Shown here piece by piece: positions 34,493 through 48,005 of a stretch of 64,000 nucleotides of DNA (the stretch's first letter is position 1; each line of letters opens with the position of its first letter). The position numbers and the translations under genes are program-made. The stretch lies in the NCBI RefSeq assembly GCF_009914755.1, contig NC_060939.1; one strand, 5' to 3'. The notes beneath the pieces were generated by a model, which saw only the letters and a program-made list of their open reading frames with translations, did not search any database and was not told the origin of the DNA. The DNA comes from the human T2T-CHM13v2.0 reference genome, Homo sapiens.

Positions 34493-36477
34493 ACATCATA
34501 CCAAACAGGCAAAAGCAAGAAGCATTCTCCCTAAGAACTGTGACAAGACAAGGATTTCCACTCTCACAACTCCTATTCAACATAGTTCTAGAAGTCCTAG
34601 CCAGAGCAATCAGGCAACAGAAAGAAGAGTCATCCAAACAGGAAAAGCAGAAGTCAAATTATCTCTCTTCACTGATGATATGATTATCTAGAAAAATCTA
34701 AAACCCCACCAAAGGGCTCCTAGACCTGATAAATGACTTCAGTAAGGTTTCAGGATACAAATTCAATGTGCAAAAATCAGTAGCATTTCTATATACCAAT
34801 AACATTCCAGCTGAGAGTCAATTTAAGAATGCAATCCCATTTACAATAGCCACAAAAAATGAAAATACCTAGAAATACATCTAACCAAGCCGATGAAAGA
34901 TCTCTACATGAAAAACTGTAAAATACTGCTGAAAGAAACCATAGATAACATAAACAAACAGAAAAGCATTCCATGCTCATGGATTGGCAGAATCAATATC
35001 ATTAAAATGACCATACTGCTCAAAGCAATCTATGGATTCAGTGCTATTCCTGTCAAACTTCCACCATCATTTTCCCCAGAATTAGGAAAAAAAAAAAAGC
35101 TATATTCTAAAATTCAAATGGAACCAAAAAAGAGCCCGAATAGCTAAAGCAATCCTAAGCAAAAAGAACAAAACTGGAGGCATCACATTACCCAACTTCA
35201 AACTATACTACAAGGCTACAGTAACCAAAACAGCATGATACTGGTACAAAAAATTGATACATAGACCAGTGGAATAGAACAGAAAACCCAGAAATAAAGT
35301 CCTGCATCTACAACCAACTGATCTTCAACAAAGTTGACAAAAATAAGCAACCGGGAAGGGACTCCCTATTCAATGGTGCTTGGAAAACTGGCTAACCATA
35401 TGCAGAAGAATGAAACTGGAACCCTACCTCTCACCATATACAAAAATTAACTCAAGATGGATTAAAGACTTAAATTTAAAACCTCAAACTATAAAAATCC
35501 TAGAACAAAACCTAGGAAATACTTTTTTGAACACTGGCCCAGGCAAAGATTTTATGACTAAGTCCTCAGAAGCAATTGCAACAAAAACAAAAATTGATAA
35601 GTGGAACCTAATTAAACTAAAAAGCTTATGCACAGCAAAAGAAACTATCAACAGAGTAAATAGGCAGCCAGAAGAATAAGAAAAAATATTTTCAAACTAT
35701 GCATCTGACAAAGGATTAATAACCAGAATATACAGGGATCTTAAGTCAAAAAGAAAAAAAGAAATAACCCTATTTAAAAGTTGGCAAAGTATATGAACGC
35801 TTTTCCAAAGAAACATAGAAGCAGCCAACAAACATATGAAAAAATGCTTAACGTCATTAATCATCAGAGAAATGCAAATGACAACCACAATGAGATATCA
35901 TCTTACATCAGTTGGAATGCCTATTATTAAAAAGTCAAAAAATAATGGCTATTATTAAAAGTCAATAATATGTTGGTAAGACTGTGGAGAAAAGGGAATG
36001 CTACATACTGTTAGTGGGATGTAAATTTAGTTCATCCTCTGTGAAAAAGTGTTTGGTGATTTCCCAAAGAACTAAAAACAGAACTCATTCAGCTCAGCAA
36101 TCCCATTACTAGGTATGTACCCAAAGGAAAATAAACCGTTCTTCCATATAGACACATGCACACATACATGCACTACAGCACTATTCTCAATAGCAAAGAC
36201 AACCTAGGTGTCCCTCAGCAGTGGACTGGATGAAGAAAATGTGGCACATATACAACATGGAATAATATGCATCCATAAAAATAACAAAATCACGTCCTTT
36301 GCAGCAACATGGATGCGGTTGGAGGCCATTATCCGATGCAAATTAATGCAAAAACATTAAACTAAATATTGCATGTTCTCACTTTTAAGTTGAAGTTGCC
36401 CTGGGTACACATGGACACACAAGTGGGAAAAATAGACACTGAGGACTCCAAAAGGAGCAAGGGAGGACTGGGGGCAA
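34493..36477 (+). mobile_element. L1PB ORF2 3' half and truncated 3' UTR
   Basis: ORF fragments [39 protein letters not shown] and [32 protein letters not shown]1PB-type 3' UTR (aatagacactgaggactccaaaagg) with no poly(A). Confidence 0.9.
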
Positions 36478-37065
36478 ATTTTCCATGTATTAGTACATGT
36501 AAAACTTATGTTATTAAGTAAACAAAGCAAACTACAAAATAATGGATTTCATCTATGGTTAAATTTACTTGAGAGTGCTTACTAAAAATATAGGCTACCA
36601 TCTTCACCATCTCAGAACTACTCAATCAAAAATTCAGGGGACAAGGCCTAGAATTCTGCATTGTTAAAAAATACCACTGATGGCTCTGATGTGTATAGAT
36701 AATTCATAATGAAATCTGATGATGTAATATGACATATACCTTAGAAAATTTAAAAATTATGCACTTGGATAGTAGTTAATTCATTTTATTCTCTGGTCAT
36801 CATACTATCTTTCAATTTAAAATAAGATCTGATGCGGTCCCATCAATGGTGTAAGGAATCTATCAAATTATTTTTACTCCAGCAAATAGCAAGAAGTTTA
36901 AAAATTATTTTAAATATTTTGTTATTTTAGAAGTAGTATAGAGTTGCTGCTTTGGGGATTATTTTTGTGAATGGTAGTGATTCTGTTAATGTGAGAAAGA
37001 GAGAACTCATGGTAGAGGGACTGTATTGCTGGTGATGATGGGATCATAATAGCTCACTTAAAAAT

Positions 37066-37242
37066 CAAGATCACCTAAATAATTTGTGGAGCTCAGAGCA
37101 AAATGATAATGTGGTACTTTTGTTCAAAAGTTATGAAGAATATTAAGACAGCAACAGCACAGCATTAAACCAAGTGTGGGGCCCTTCTAAGTATAGGGTC
37201 TTTTGTGACTGCCCAGGTCGCACGCTCATTAAGCTGGTTCTG
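37066..37242 (-). mobile_element. MER91A-like hAT-Tip100 MITE
   Basis: cagcattaaaccaagtgtggggcccttctaag...gtgactgcccaggtcgcacgctcattaagctggttctg. Flanks cacttaaaaat / cacttaat resemble an 8-bp TSD with A slippage. Confidence 0.8.
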
Positions 37243-37712
37243 CACTTAATACTGTAAGAGCAAGTTGACATTTAGAAAATAATTGTGGTCTCAGCTTTTC
37301 ATACACTCACTATCATTTTTTGGAACCAATAGTTCTGAGCAAGATTGCAAATAAGTCTTTATAAAGGATGTTCATTTTTCAAGCACTCTTTCCTCAGGTG
37401 ACCTAATTAGTATATATTTTTTTCAAACCTAAAGCATTTCTTGGATGGTGATTTAAATGCATCCCATGGAAATTTCTTTGCTTCTGTAAATAATCTTTTA
37501 AAAATATTTTAATGTCTCTATATAGTAAAATCTATAAAATAATAAATGTATATGAGGGTAATGCCAAACATACATTTTAGAAATATCTAAGTATCTGAAT
37601 ATCTTTTATCTAAAATATAAAAGCCATTTTAGCCAGTTGCTATTTTTTTTTAATCTTCAATTATTCTAGGAAACAAAGAATACTTTTAACTCACAAAATT
37701 ATTCATCCTTAG

Positions 37713-38222
<510 letters not shown>

Positions 38223-39329
38223 TAAATGTTAAAGTCCTTTTATAATCCTTCTGAATTTAGATCTTACAAAAAATTACATAATGAGGCTTGGCTCTCACAA
38301 AATATGTACTTTCTCAGCTCCTCCCCCATCCAATGCATGTTCGGTGTTAAGATAAGAAGAGCAAGCCTGTTTTTTAACTGTAATGGACATTACTATATCC
38401 CTAACTATTCAAGGAGAGTCTTAGCTCATGGACATGTACAACGGAGTCACTTACATTAAGCCTTAAGCCACATCTGTAAATTCTCACTGTTAACAGAATC
38501 CCTGTGGTCCTGGGGCTGTGTGTTGCACCTTGTTCTAGCTATTTCTCAAAGATTTAATTCAGCAATAAGTGTATTCTGTGTGTGTTTATTATTGTTTCTG
38601 ATTTTGTTTTTAATCAACTGTAGTTATAGTAATAGTAAAGGCAATTTATAAAGCACTAAATTTAAATAACATGAAAACATCCTTACAGTAAACCTATAAA
38701 ATGATTATCATCTCCACTGCACTGAAGAAGAAAAATACTGAGAGGACAACATGCTCTTCAGTAAGGTGAGAATACTTTTCCTGAACCTGATTCCTCAGCT
38801 TCCAAATCCCATGACTATTATCCACACACCATTGAAGTCCAGCATATAAGTGTATAATGCTCCATCTTCACCATGAGCTTCCCTCTCCTACCCCTATAGC
38901 TACATGTTTCACTAGCTTCATCATAGTTACTCATCAACATATATTTGCTGCCCCATGAGGAACTGGTTAGTTCACTTTACACATCTTTGATCTGATAATT
39001 TTACTGTTTATTCATGCCCATTTACTATTCTTACCTTCTTCAAAGTCCAAGCAAGTTTCACCTCTGGAAATAGTCTCTAAATCCAAACCACGTGTAGTTC
39101 TGTTAACACATTAGGATATGGTTTATATTAAGTGCCAGGGTAGCAGTTACTTGTGTTAGAAGGAAAATGACTAGAGGCAGAGAAACCCATCTATGACTTA
39201 TAAGTCTTGTGATATTTTACAGTGCATATTGGAGTTTTCTCAAACATTAGGGAGCTAATAGCTACCACATAGAGTTTTGTGAAGATTAAATAAATTACAG
39301 CTAAAACACCAACTATAGTAATTAACTAA

Positions 39330-41460
39330 TGTTAACTCTTTAAAATATTTCCTTTCTATAGGTCTATTTATACATCAATTAATTCTATAATCTACATAAT
39401 ACATGCATTCAAATTACCTATTATGTTCAGTGCTTTAACAATTAATTATGTTGGGTAACTTGTGTTTTTCTAGGAATCTGTCCATTTTATCTAAGTTCTA
39501 ATGTGCTGACATAAAGTGGTTCAAAATTCTTTTCAAGTCTTTGAATTTTGGAAAAGTCTATAAATATGTCTCTTATTTTTGATGGTAATTTGTGCCTTCT
39601 TTTTCTGTGATCAGCCTATTTAAAGGAATAACAATTTTATTAATCTTTTGATAAATAACTTGTTTTCAATAATTTTCTTTTATCTTTTTTCTCTAATTTA
39701 TTGATTTATGCTCTATTCTTATTTTCTTGTTCTGAGTTTGTTTTGCTTTCCTTTTAATAGGTATTCGAGGTGGAAACTTAGATTATTGATTTTCTGTTTG
39801 CCTTTGGCTTTTAGTAGATTGGCTCTAATTTCTCTACATGTAGTTCCCTTTGTGTTTACCTACCAGGTTCTTTCAGGATCTTGAATCAATAGGGTAATTT
39901 TTAAAAAACAACAAATTTTGGAATTTTTTAGCCATTTTTTTCAAATAGTTTTTCCAGCACTATTACTTTTATAATAGTGGGCTGTAACTTTTTATGTGTA
40001 TGTTGAGATGCTTATGACAAGTTTCTGAGGCTCTGTTTATTATATATATATATATAATTTTTTTTTTTTTTGCTATTTCTTGGATTGGAAACCTATAGTT
40101 CTGTCTTCAAATACATTGATTATTTCTTCTGACATCTAAAATCTTTTGTTGGCTCTACTAAATTTTTAAATTTTGTATAGTTTTCAAGTTCAGAATTTCC
40201 ACATTATTTTTATAGATTGTATTTTACTATCTTTTAATTTTTCTGTACTTATTTCAGTTAGTTTCTATTAGCTTCATTTTATTTCCTGAAAATGGGTCAT
40301 ACTTTCCTGTTTTTTGCATATTTAGTATTCTTTAGTTTTTTGAAAAACAGACACTTTAGAAAATATATCCATACTAGATTGTGATTTATTTCTCTGACAA
40401 CTGTTGGGTTTGAGTAACTGCCTAGACTTAACCTTTTGAATCTCTCTCCCCCATGGTGTGCAGCACCTCGTGTCTCTGCTCGGTTACTTTTTTTTACCTT
40501 AATCCTTGTTTTACTTGTTAGCCTGCCTTCTTAGAGATTATTCATGTGCACACCCAGCTTAATGATCAGTCGATAATTTTGGCAAAGATTATGCTCAACA
40601 TCTTGGGCCCTCTAAGTCTTCCTCACTCTACCAAGTAATCTTCCTATGGGTTGGAGAATGCAGTCAGAGTTGCAGACAATTTTCACGTCTCCCTTGTTTT
40701 CACTTTTCACTGCACTAGGTTGGTTGGTTCTTGTGCATGCATGGTATTTCAGTCAGCCTGGGGTGTGTGGGAGCTTATCTCACCCTCCTGTGCCTTTTTC
40801 TTCTCCAAATATTCCCATTAAAAACATATCTTGTTGGTCTGCTGCTCTCCTTAAAAGTCACCGCAACTTTGGGATAACAAAGTTACAAATGTTTACAGTT
40901 TGTTCCCCAAAATTAATTTATTTTGTGCTTGGTAAAGTATATGTTTTTTATTATAATATCATAGCTCTCATAATAATATGGCATTTATTTTTATTTAATT
41001 TTGATTAGTTGTTCACTCATATTTTTAATCTTCAGATATTTTTTGCTTTTATAGATAACTTTGTATTTTGGTTTTGTTTGGCTAAATCCAATATGAAACC
41101 ACATTTTTGCATTTTGTATTGTTTTAGGTCATGTATAACATTGTAATGGTCTTTGACATACTCCTATGTATGTGATCTCATTTCATGATTTTGTTTGTTG
41201 TTAGTTTCTTTTGAAACACCATTTCTCTTATGCCTTTTGGTATCTAAACTATTCTCTATTTTGTTATGATTGTTTCATTTGGAAAGTAGAATGTAATTTT
41301 CATTTACATGTTTATATGACCACGGTAAACTGTATGTACATTAATGCATACCTGTACAATTAAACACATTAATATTTTATTCTATTTAACAGAAGACAGA
41401 GAAGTTGTGTGATTTTTGGCAATCTTTCTTTTCTACTACTTTTCAATTTCTCACTATTTT
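39330..41460 (-). mobile_element. Fragments of ancient L1 (L1M) on the minus strand
   Basis: T-rich blocks matching antisense L1 ORF2/ORF1 (taggaatctgtccattttatctaag, tttctgaggctctgtttatt, ctgtcttcaa...ttctgacatc). Confidence 0.6.
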
Positions 41461-41485
41461 AACCCATGTATTTGTCCTGAATTGG

Positions 41486-41487
<2 letters not shown>

Positions 41488-41531
<44 letters not shown>
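41488..41531 (+). repeat. (GT)22 microsatellite
   Basis: Perfect run read directly. Confidence 0.95.
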
Positions 41532-41535
<4 letters not shown>

Positions 41536-42122
41536 ATGTGTTTAAGGGGGTAGCTGGCTTTCATTCAATTACTCCACTGGTCATATTAGCCATGTTTTTC
41601 CTTCTATATTGCTTTTAATACTGATCCGTTGATTATATGTCCCTTTTAAGTTGCATTAATATTATTACATATTGTTGTTTAAAGGTACAGCCAGTATTTA
41701 TAGACTAAGGTACTATAATGTAGCCCTCTTTGATAAACCTTTCAACTTATCATTAAAATATTTATGAAGGCCCTGAAAGATACAAAATAAAAAGAAACTA
41801 GAAACTAAGAGTATTAGTTATTAAAAATACCAAGGGCAATTTTATTATTGTTACAGATAATTTTTACTAGTTATAACATGAATGGTCTGTATTGAAAAGC
41901 AATTTGTCACTTCCATTAGCTTTGTCCTAAAAATGCAACAATTATATGAAAACCACCATCAATTTAATCTTGACAAATGTATACATTTCATATAGGTATA
42001 GATAGAAGTTGGCCCTGGGGCCCCTGTGAATATAACGCAGGCCTCTCTAGTTATACATGCAACAAGGAGAATATAGAAAGGGGTCACAACATGGGGCAAT
42101 TAATGTGTTCAGAACACCTGAA

Positions 42123-42146
42123 GTGTGTGTGTGTGTGTGTGTGTGT
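42123..42146 (+). repeat. (GT)12 microsatellite
   Basis: Read directly. Confidence 0.95.
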
Positions 42147-42490
42147 ATCCTGCACATTTGGAGAGCTCTAACACATTCCTCTTGAGGTGAATTTGCAGGA
42201 TGCCAGTGACTCCTTGTGCAATTCTGGCTATGATTGCCCTGTATCAGTGTCTCTTTTATTCTTTCTTCCTGCCATTTAGAAGAGAACGCCCCAAGACTTC
42301 TGGAAACATAGGTGAAGGGGCTGGAAATCTGCCTGGTGTCCATTCTGCCCACAATGCCAGCAGGCCCTATGGAAGGAGTGAGGAAAGCGTAGGTCAAGAG
42401 GGAGACCCTCTCATGCCTGAATTCAGCCTGTGCCCAGATAACTTGTTTGGCTTGATTATGCACCACAGATTCACACCCCTCCCACCCCCT

Positions 42491-42509
42491 CACACACACA
42501 CACATGCGT

Positions 42510-42541
<32 letters not shown>
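42491..42541 (+). repeat. Interrupted (CA)n microsatellite
   Basis: Read directly. Confidence 0.95.
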
Positions 42542-42545
<4 letters not shown>

Positions 42546-42659
42546 TGCTGCCTTAAAGTGCCTCTAAACTTCCCACCTCTATACCATCATCTGGTGAGAA
42601 GTATCTTAATTTTATGTATCAACAGCCATTTTTGTTGACTCTTAGGCATTTGCCCAGGG

Positions 42660-42782
42660 GTAGCAGTATGAGGAAAGAAAAAGATTCATTCTGGAGACAG
42701 AAAACATGGTTCAAGCCTCCATTCTGCCACTTTTCAACTATTTGACTTTAGTTAAGCTACTTGATCCCTCTGAGCTTCACAG
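42660..42782 (+). mobile_element. MIR SINE 5' part
   Basis: ctggagacagaaaacatggttcaagcctccattctgccact...tgactttagttaagctacttgatccctctgagcttca. Confidence 0.7.
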
Positions 42783-43091
42783 ATCAGCCTCAAAACGCCA
42801 CGCTTATCATTACCAAAGGCAGTTCTCTACTAATGAGAGAGGAATCAGTGATAAATACTGCAACTTCCCAATCTCTCAATAGACAATTCTAAGTAATAAT
42901 TTGCACAGTTCCTCAAAGGTCCCTAGAAGGACTGAGCCCATTTCACATAGTAGTAATCACTCCACTAATGCACAGTACAACGGTAAAGTTACTTATCTTC
43001 CCCATTCCTGCATTGTGCTTCCAGAGATCACCTCTCCTACAAACTCCTGCCTTCAACTCCTTGTATTAGCTTCTAGAAGAACTGAAACAAA
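42783..43091 (+). mobile_element. LTR16-like ERVL LTR
   Basis: gacaattctaag...cacagttcctcaaaggtccctagaaggactgagccc...gagatcacctctcctacaaactcc...ctccttgt...cttctagaagaactgaaac resembles the LTR16 3' half. Confidence 0.6.
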
Positions 43092-44109
43092 TCATCTCAT
43101 TATGTTTAAGACAATCCACAGTAATTCTCCAAGATAAGTTCAACATCTGCTTGTTCAAACAGGCAGTTTAAATAATGGTGCAGTAGGAATAAGCACCTCT
43201 GCAAGTTTCAAGTCTTTGACAGTAGCAATTAATTCTGTACTTCCTTCAAGAAGTGCTATTGCTTTTGATTTTGCTGTCATGGCAAAAGGTCGACACTAAG
43301 AATGTAAATTTAGCTTTTGCTATGTAATAACCCTCATTTCATGGATCAGTGTACCAATGTGCAGATTCTGCCAGCTGCTAGGTAGGTAGATAGTTAGGGA
43401 GGGAGACAGAGAGAGAGATGTTTTCACTATATATGCCAGGACTGGTGTGTGGTCCCAATTGGACCCACACAGAGATGGACTCTGGTCAAGACTCTTTCCA
43501 TCATCTAATATTTATAAGCCACATTTTGATCAGTGGCCATCATGGTAGATATGGAAGTGGTGAGGTTAAGAATTAGCTTTTCCTCAATGTCACTAATAAC
43601 CTACAGAAAACCTAAAAAAAAAAAATCCCCTTTTTCACTGCACACACCCTGGAAAATGGCCACACATCTTGAAGACTCAGAGAAAGAGTTATATCCTATA
43701 TTGTGGCCATGTTGCCAAAAGTCTAGCCCCCTCCTCAGACAAGGAGCTGTAGGTCTGCAAACTGAGTAAGCAGCTATGAATTACCACTATGGATGAGTCA
43801 GGTTTCTTCCTATGTGACCTGGAATGTACTTGTTTATATATGTCTAGGCTGCCCCTCTATTTCATTCCTAGTGTTCCCACCTTTGGTTCCTTATCAACAC
43901 AGAAGCCTGGGAGTCAAAACACTCCAAGTTCCATTCTGTTAATCAGCCATGGAAATTGGGACCACTTGTGCTGAAGTGCTACCACCTGTGTCTACTATTC
44001 TGTGCTCCATTTATTTCTACTATAATTGGGGAGCCCAACTACATGCTGGTATCTTCTATGATCATTTTTAGTCTTCAGAGGTCAGCCTCCAAAGAACATT
44101 TTATTGTTG

Positions 44110-44150
<41 letters not shown>

Positions 44151-45245
44151 CATGAAAGGAGTGTTCACTAGGTTTCCCTAAGGTTAAAAGATGGCTGAGT
44201 AGGTTACACATAGAATTTTCATGCCAACATTTCCATGTCCTTGAATTTCCAAAATCCTGCCTCTAGATTATGCTTGGGACGTCCCACCATCTCCATTCCC
44301 CGGAGTGACATCTTTAAGACCAGGCACACAGTCATACACATAAGCCCACACCATAATCACAAATTACAGATGACTATATTCATCCAATAACATAGGCTGG
44401 ATCCAACTTTCCATTTTGTCATTTTTCATCTAACGCCCTTAACAAGCCATTTCCATACATGCTTCCTTGACTGTTACAGATACAAATCAGCAAGATTCTG
44501 CACTATTTAGATGTCTATGTTATCTCCTCCTTGAATGGACATTGTACTTCCCTGGGGCTCTGCTGGAAAATAACTGTAGTAATTGGTCTGGAGGAAATCG
44601 TGGATGGTGAGCTTGGGTCCTGAAGACAATCTGCATCTCTTTATAATGCCAGATCTCCATTTGAAGTTCTTGGAAAAGTTCTAGGCAAAGAAAGTTTGGT
44701 TTCCTCATTTAGGTGGGAGAGGGGCTGTTTTCATAGGTGACAAAGATTTTGCAGCAATTTTCAATTTAAGATTCTCAGCCATATTTGAGTGTGCCCAAAT
44801 TTTTCCCATTCCATGTCTCAGAATCTCTCCAGTTCCTGTTCATTTTACTTTAGAATAAGAGGCCAGGAATGGATGGGATTTAACTGATTGTACAATACTA
44901 TAACTTGTACAATCAAGGTCTGGATCTGGTCTTCCACTACATCTGCCTTGCAGCTACAGGACATAAGGGATTCCTTTAACAATAGTCCAGAGTCATTCTG
45001 CACCCATGACTTGAGCTCAGAGTGCAAGGCCTCAGTTTAACATTTTCATGTTATGAGCTCTCCGTGGTAGTTACATGCAGTTATCTTAACCCACAGTCTT
45101 TGTCATCACCATTGTTTGCAAAGCATGCATGTAGAGCAATATCCTATGATTGCCTTATGCCTCAGTATTCACTGACACTGCATCCCCCACCACCATGTGT
45201 GATTACTTCATTAATTGTGATCCCGCTCCACCCTAAAGAACCTCT
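43092..45245 (-). mobile_element. Decayed ERVL (HERV16-like) internal region: gag, pro and the start of pol
   Basis: Gag: LKESLMSCSCKADVVEDQIQTLIVQV (ORF 44845-45027) and QNLADLY...KHVWKWL. Protease: AYKY*MMERVLTRVHLCVGPIGP. RT start: NQKQ*HFLEGSTELIATVKDLKLAEVLIPTAPLFKLPV*...SWRITVDCLKHNE, matching recalled ERVL NQKQYRIPGG.AEISATIKDLKDAGVVIP...SWRMTVDY.KLNQ. Confidence 0.85.
44111..44148 (+). repeat. T38 homopolymer
   Basis: Read directly. Confidence 0.95.
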
Positions 45246-46310
45246 CTAGCAAGTGTTCTCAGGGAAGTGACAAGGCCTCCAAGGGGCAGCCGCACCAAGT
45301 TTCCAACATCATCAGACATCTCTCTAGTGTACATGTGGCAACTGGAATAAAAGAGCTGCCAGAATAAAGGGGCCTCCGGGAGCTGAGACAATTAGCATGC
45401 CTGTGGCAATCATTGTGAAGCAGAGATTTAAAGTCCTATCCTCATTTTAAAAGTTTTACACTCATTTTCTTCCCAGACATTAGTACAACCCTAGGCGACT
45501 GGAATCCCAACAACAACTGCAAGAGAAGGAACATCCCATTTAAATTGATGAGAAATAACCCAGAATTGTGTATGTTTGTAGCATCTAGGGCCTTATATTA
45601 ATACACAGAACATATCTAGGCATTTTACATTTTATAGTAAAATGATGTTAAATTTCCCTTTTCCTGGTGTTTTGGAGATTTGTGTGTGTGTCCCCAACAT
45701 CTGAATACACTAGAAGGCAAAGGAAGACAGGTTAAAAACTGGGGAGATCAGGTTTTGACTCACAGCTCATTTCCCAGCCCACTCACCAGCTGCAAAACAG
45801 GAGTGCCTGGGGAGGCAAAGGGACTACAACAGAAGAGTCAGGGAGAGCCAGTTGGCAGGAAGCCAGGAACTGAGTGGACAGTTGATATGGCAAGACCAAG
45901 GTGAATTCTCCCACTACTGTGCATGCACCTGTAAATCCTCAGTTTTACAGGTGGAAAGGCGTCAGTTTGACCTTCACTATACAGAGGACACCATTAACAA
46001 TGCATTAGCACATAAGGCTATGCTCTCCCTCCCCTTATCAGGCCTGAAGGGTCAAAACCAGCAGGTAACAAATACAGTAAGTGGTGTATCCAGATGGAAC
46101 AAGCAAACCCAAGATGCCTCTATTCCCAACTGCAAGCTTACAAGAGTGCAGCTACAGCAATCTGGGGGTTGGGAAGGGGAAAGAGGCAGTTGGGTGGGTG
46201 AAAAAGCTGTAAATCATGAAGAAGTAATGGAAGTAATTCTAGATGTCTTTATTTTTAATACCTCAAAAATATTACTACCAATTGCTTCAGAGTGACCTGA
46301 AACCATAATG

Positions 46311-46502
46311 CAGTGGCTCTCCAAGTGTAGTGACACTCACTCCCGGGCAACATCAGCAGCATCTTGTAATCTGTTAGAAATACAAATCGTCAGGGCCACC
46401 CTAAACCTGCACAATGAGAAACTGTAGGATTGGAACCTAGCAATTTGGTTTTAACAAACCCTCCAGCTGATTTTGATGCAAGCTAGAGTCTGAGAACCAC
46501 TG
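46311..46502. mobile_element. MER5A hAT-Charlie MITE, full length
   Basis: Termini cagtggctctc...gagaaccactg, with an 8-bp TSD ccataatg/ccataaag. Confidence 0.9.
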
Positions 46503-47466
46503 CCATAAAGGGATTTGCCTATGATTTCATGCAGGTGTGGGGAAGAAAAATCAGAAGAACTTGCTTAAGGTAGTGGTAGAAAAGAGTTTTTCACATGAGA
46601 CCTTCAGGGTCCACCAGGCTCTACAAACCAGTTACATATAGCTGATTGCAGATGTTTCAATGTGGTAAATTTACAGATTAAAAAAATATCTAATCTTAAT
46701 TTTAATAGTTCCATTTTTTTTACTATCAGTCCTGTTTGCTGTCTTCAGTATTTGCTCTCTATTCTGATATTTTACTGGATCTTTTGACATTTTTCCTCTG
46801 ATAATTTCTTCTTTGTGTCACACGTTTGTCTTCAATGTTTTTAGTCCCACTTCTCAGCATCAGTCCAACTATTTCATGGCTCTAGTCATTATTTGAATAT
46901 TGTTATGGCAGTCATCTTTATTCTTGAATGCTGAATCCTCTTTTGATTTGGGAAAAAAATCTTTAAATTTTACTAATAAATCTTTGAACTTTTCCTGGTT
47001 TATATTTAGTCATAGATGAAGTTCTTATGCAGGAATTTTTCTTTCATTAATAAGATACAAACATTATGGTCAAATATTATTCCTTGTTTGCTCATATTTC
47101 CAAATTGATTCTTTTTATAATCTTTGAAGGATGGAACTCTTTGAATGTGGCTTTGCAACGCTGCTTCATAGATCAACTAACAGTTGAGGGTAGGTCTGGA
47201 ATTTGACATGGAGGGTTAGCTTGTTAAGTTTCACTAAAAGTCAGCAGCCAAGCAGAGAAAGGCCTGAGGTAGAAATGTGGAAGGAAGTGGGAGTGAGGAA
47301 GGTGAACAGCACAGTGAAGCTGCCTGACATTTCCCTGCTGAGGTCAGGTGGGCCAAATGGATTAGGCAGAGGATTAGGCAACAAATCACTATAAAAGGTG
47401 CCAAATGGATTAGGCACCAAATCACCTGCTATGCCTTGTAGAGTTGTCTCATGCATGGCACTTTAA

Positions 47467-48005
<539 letters not shown>

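Noticed and set aside
42047-42556. 164-aa and 118-aa overlapping ORFs
   Set aside because: Kept open partly by GT and CA microsatellites, with no recognisable domain.
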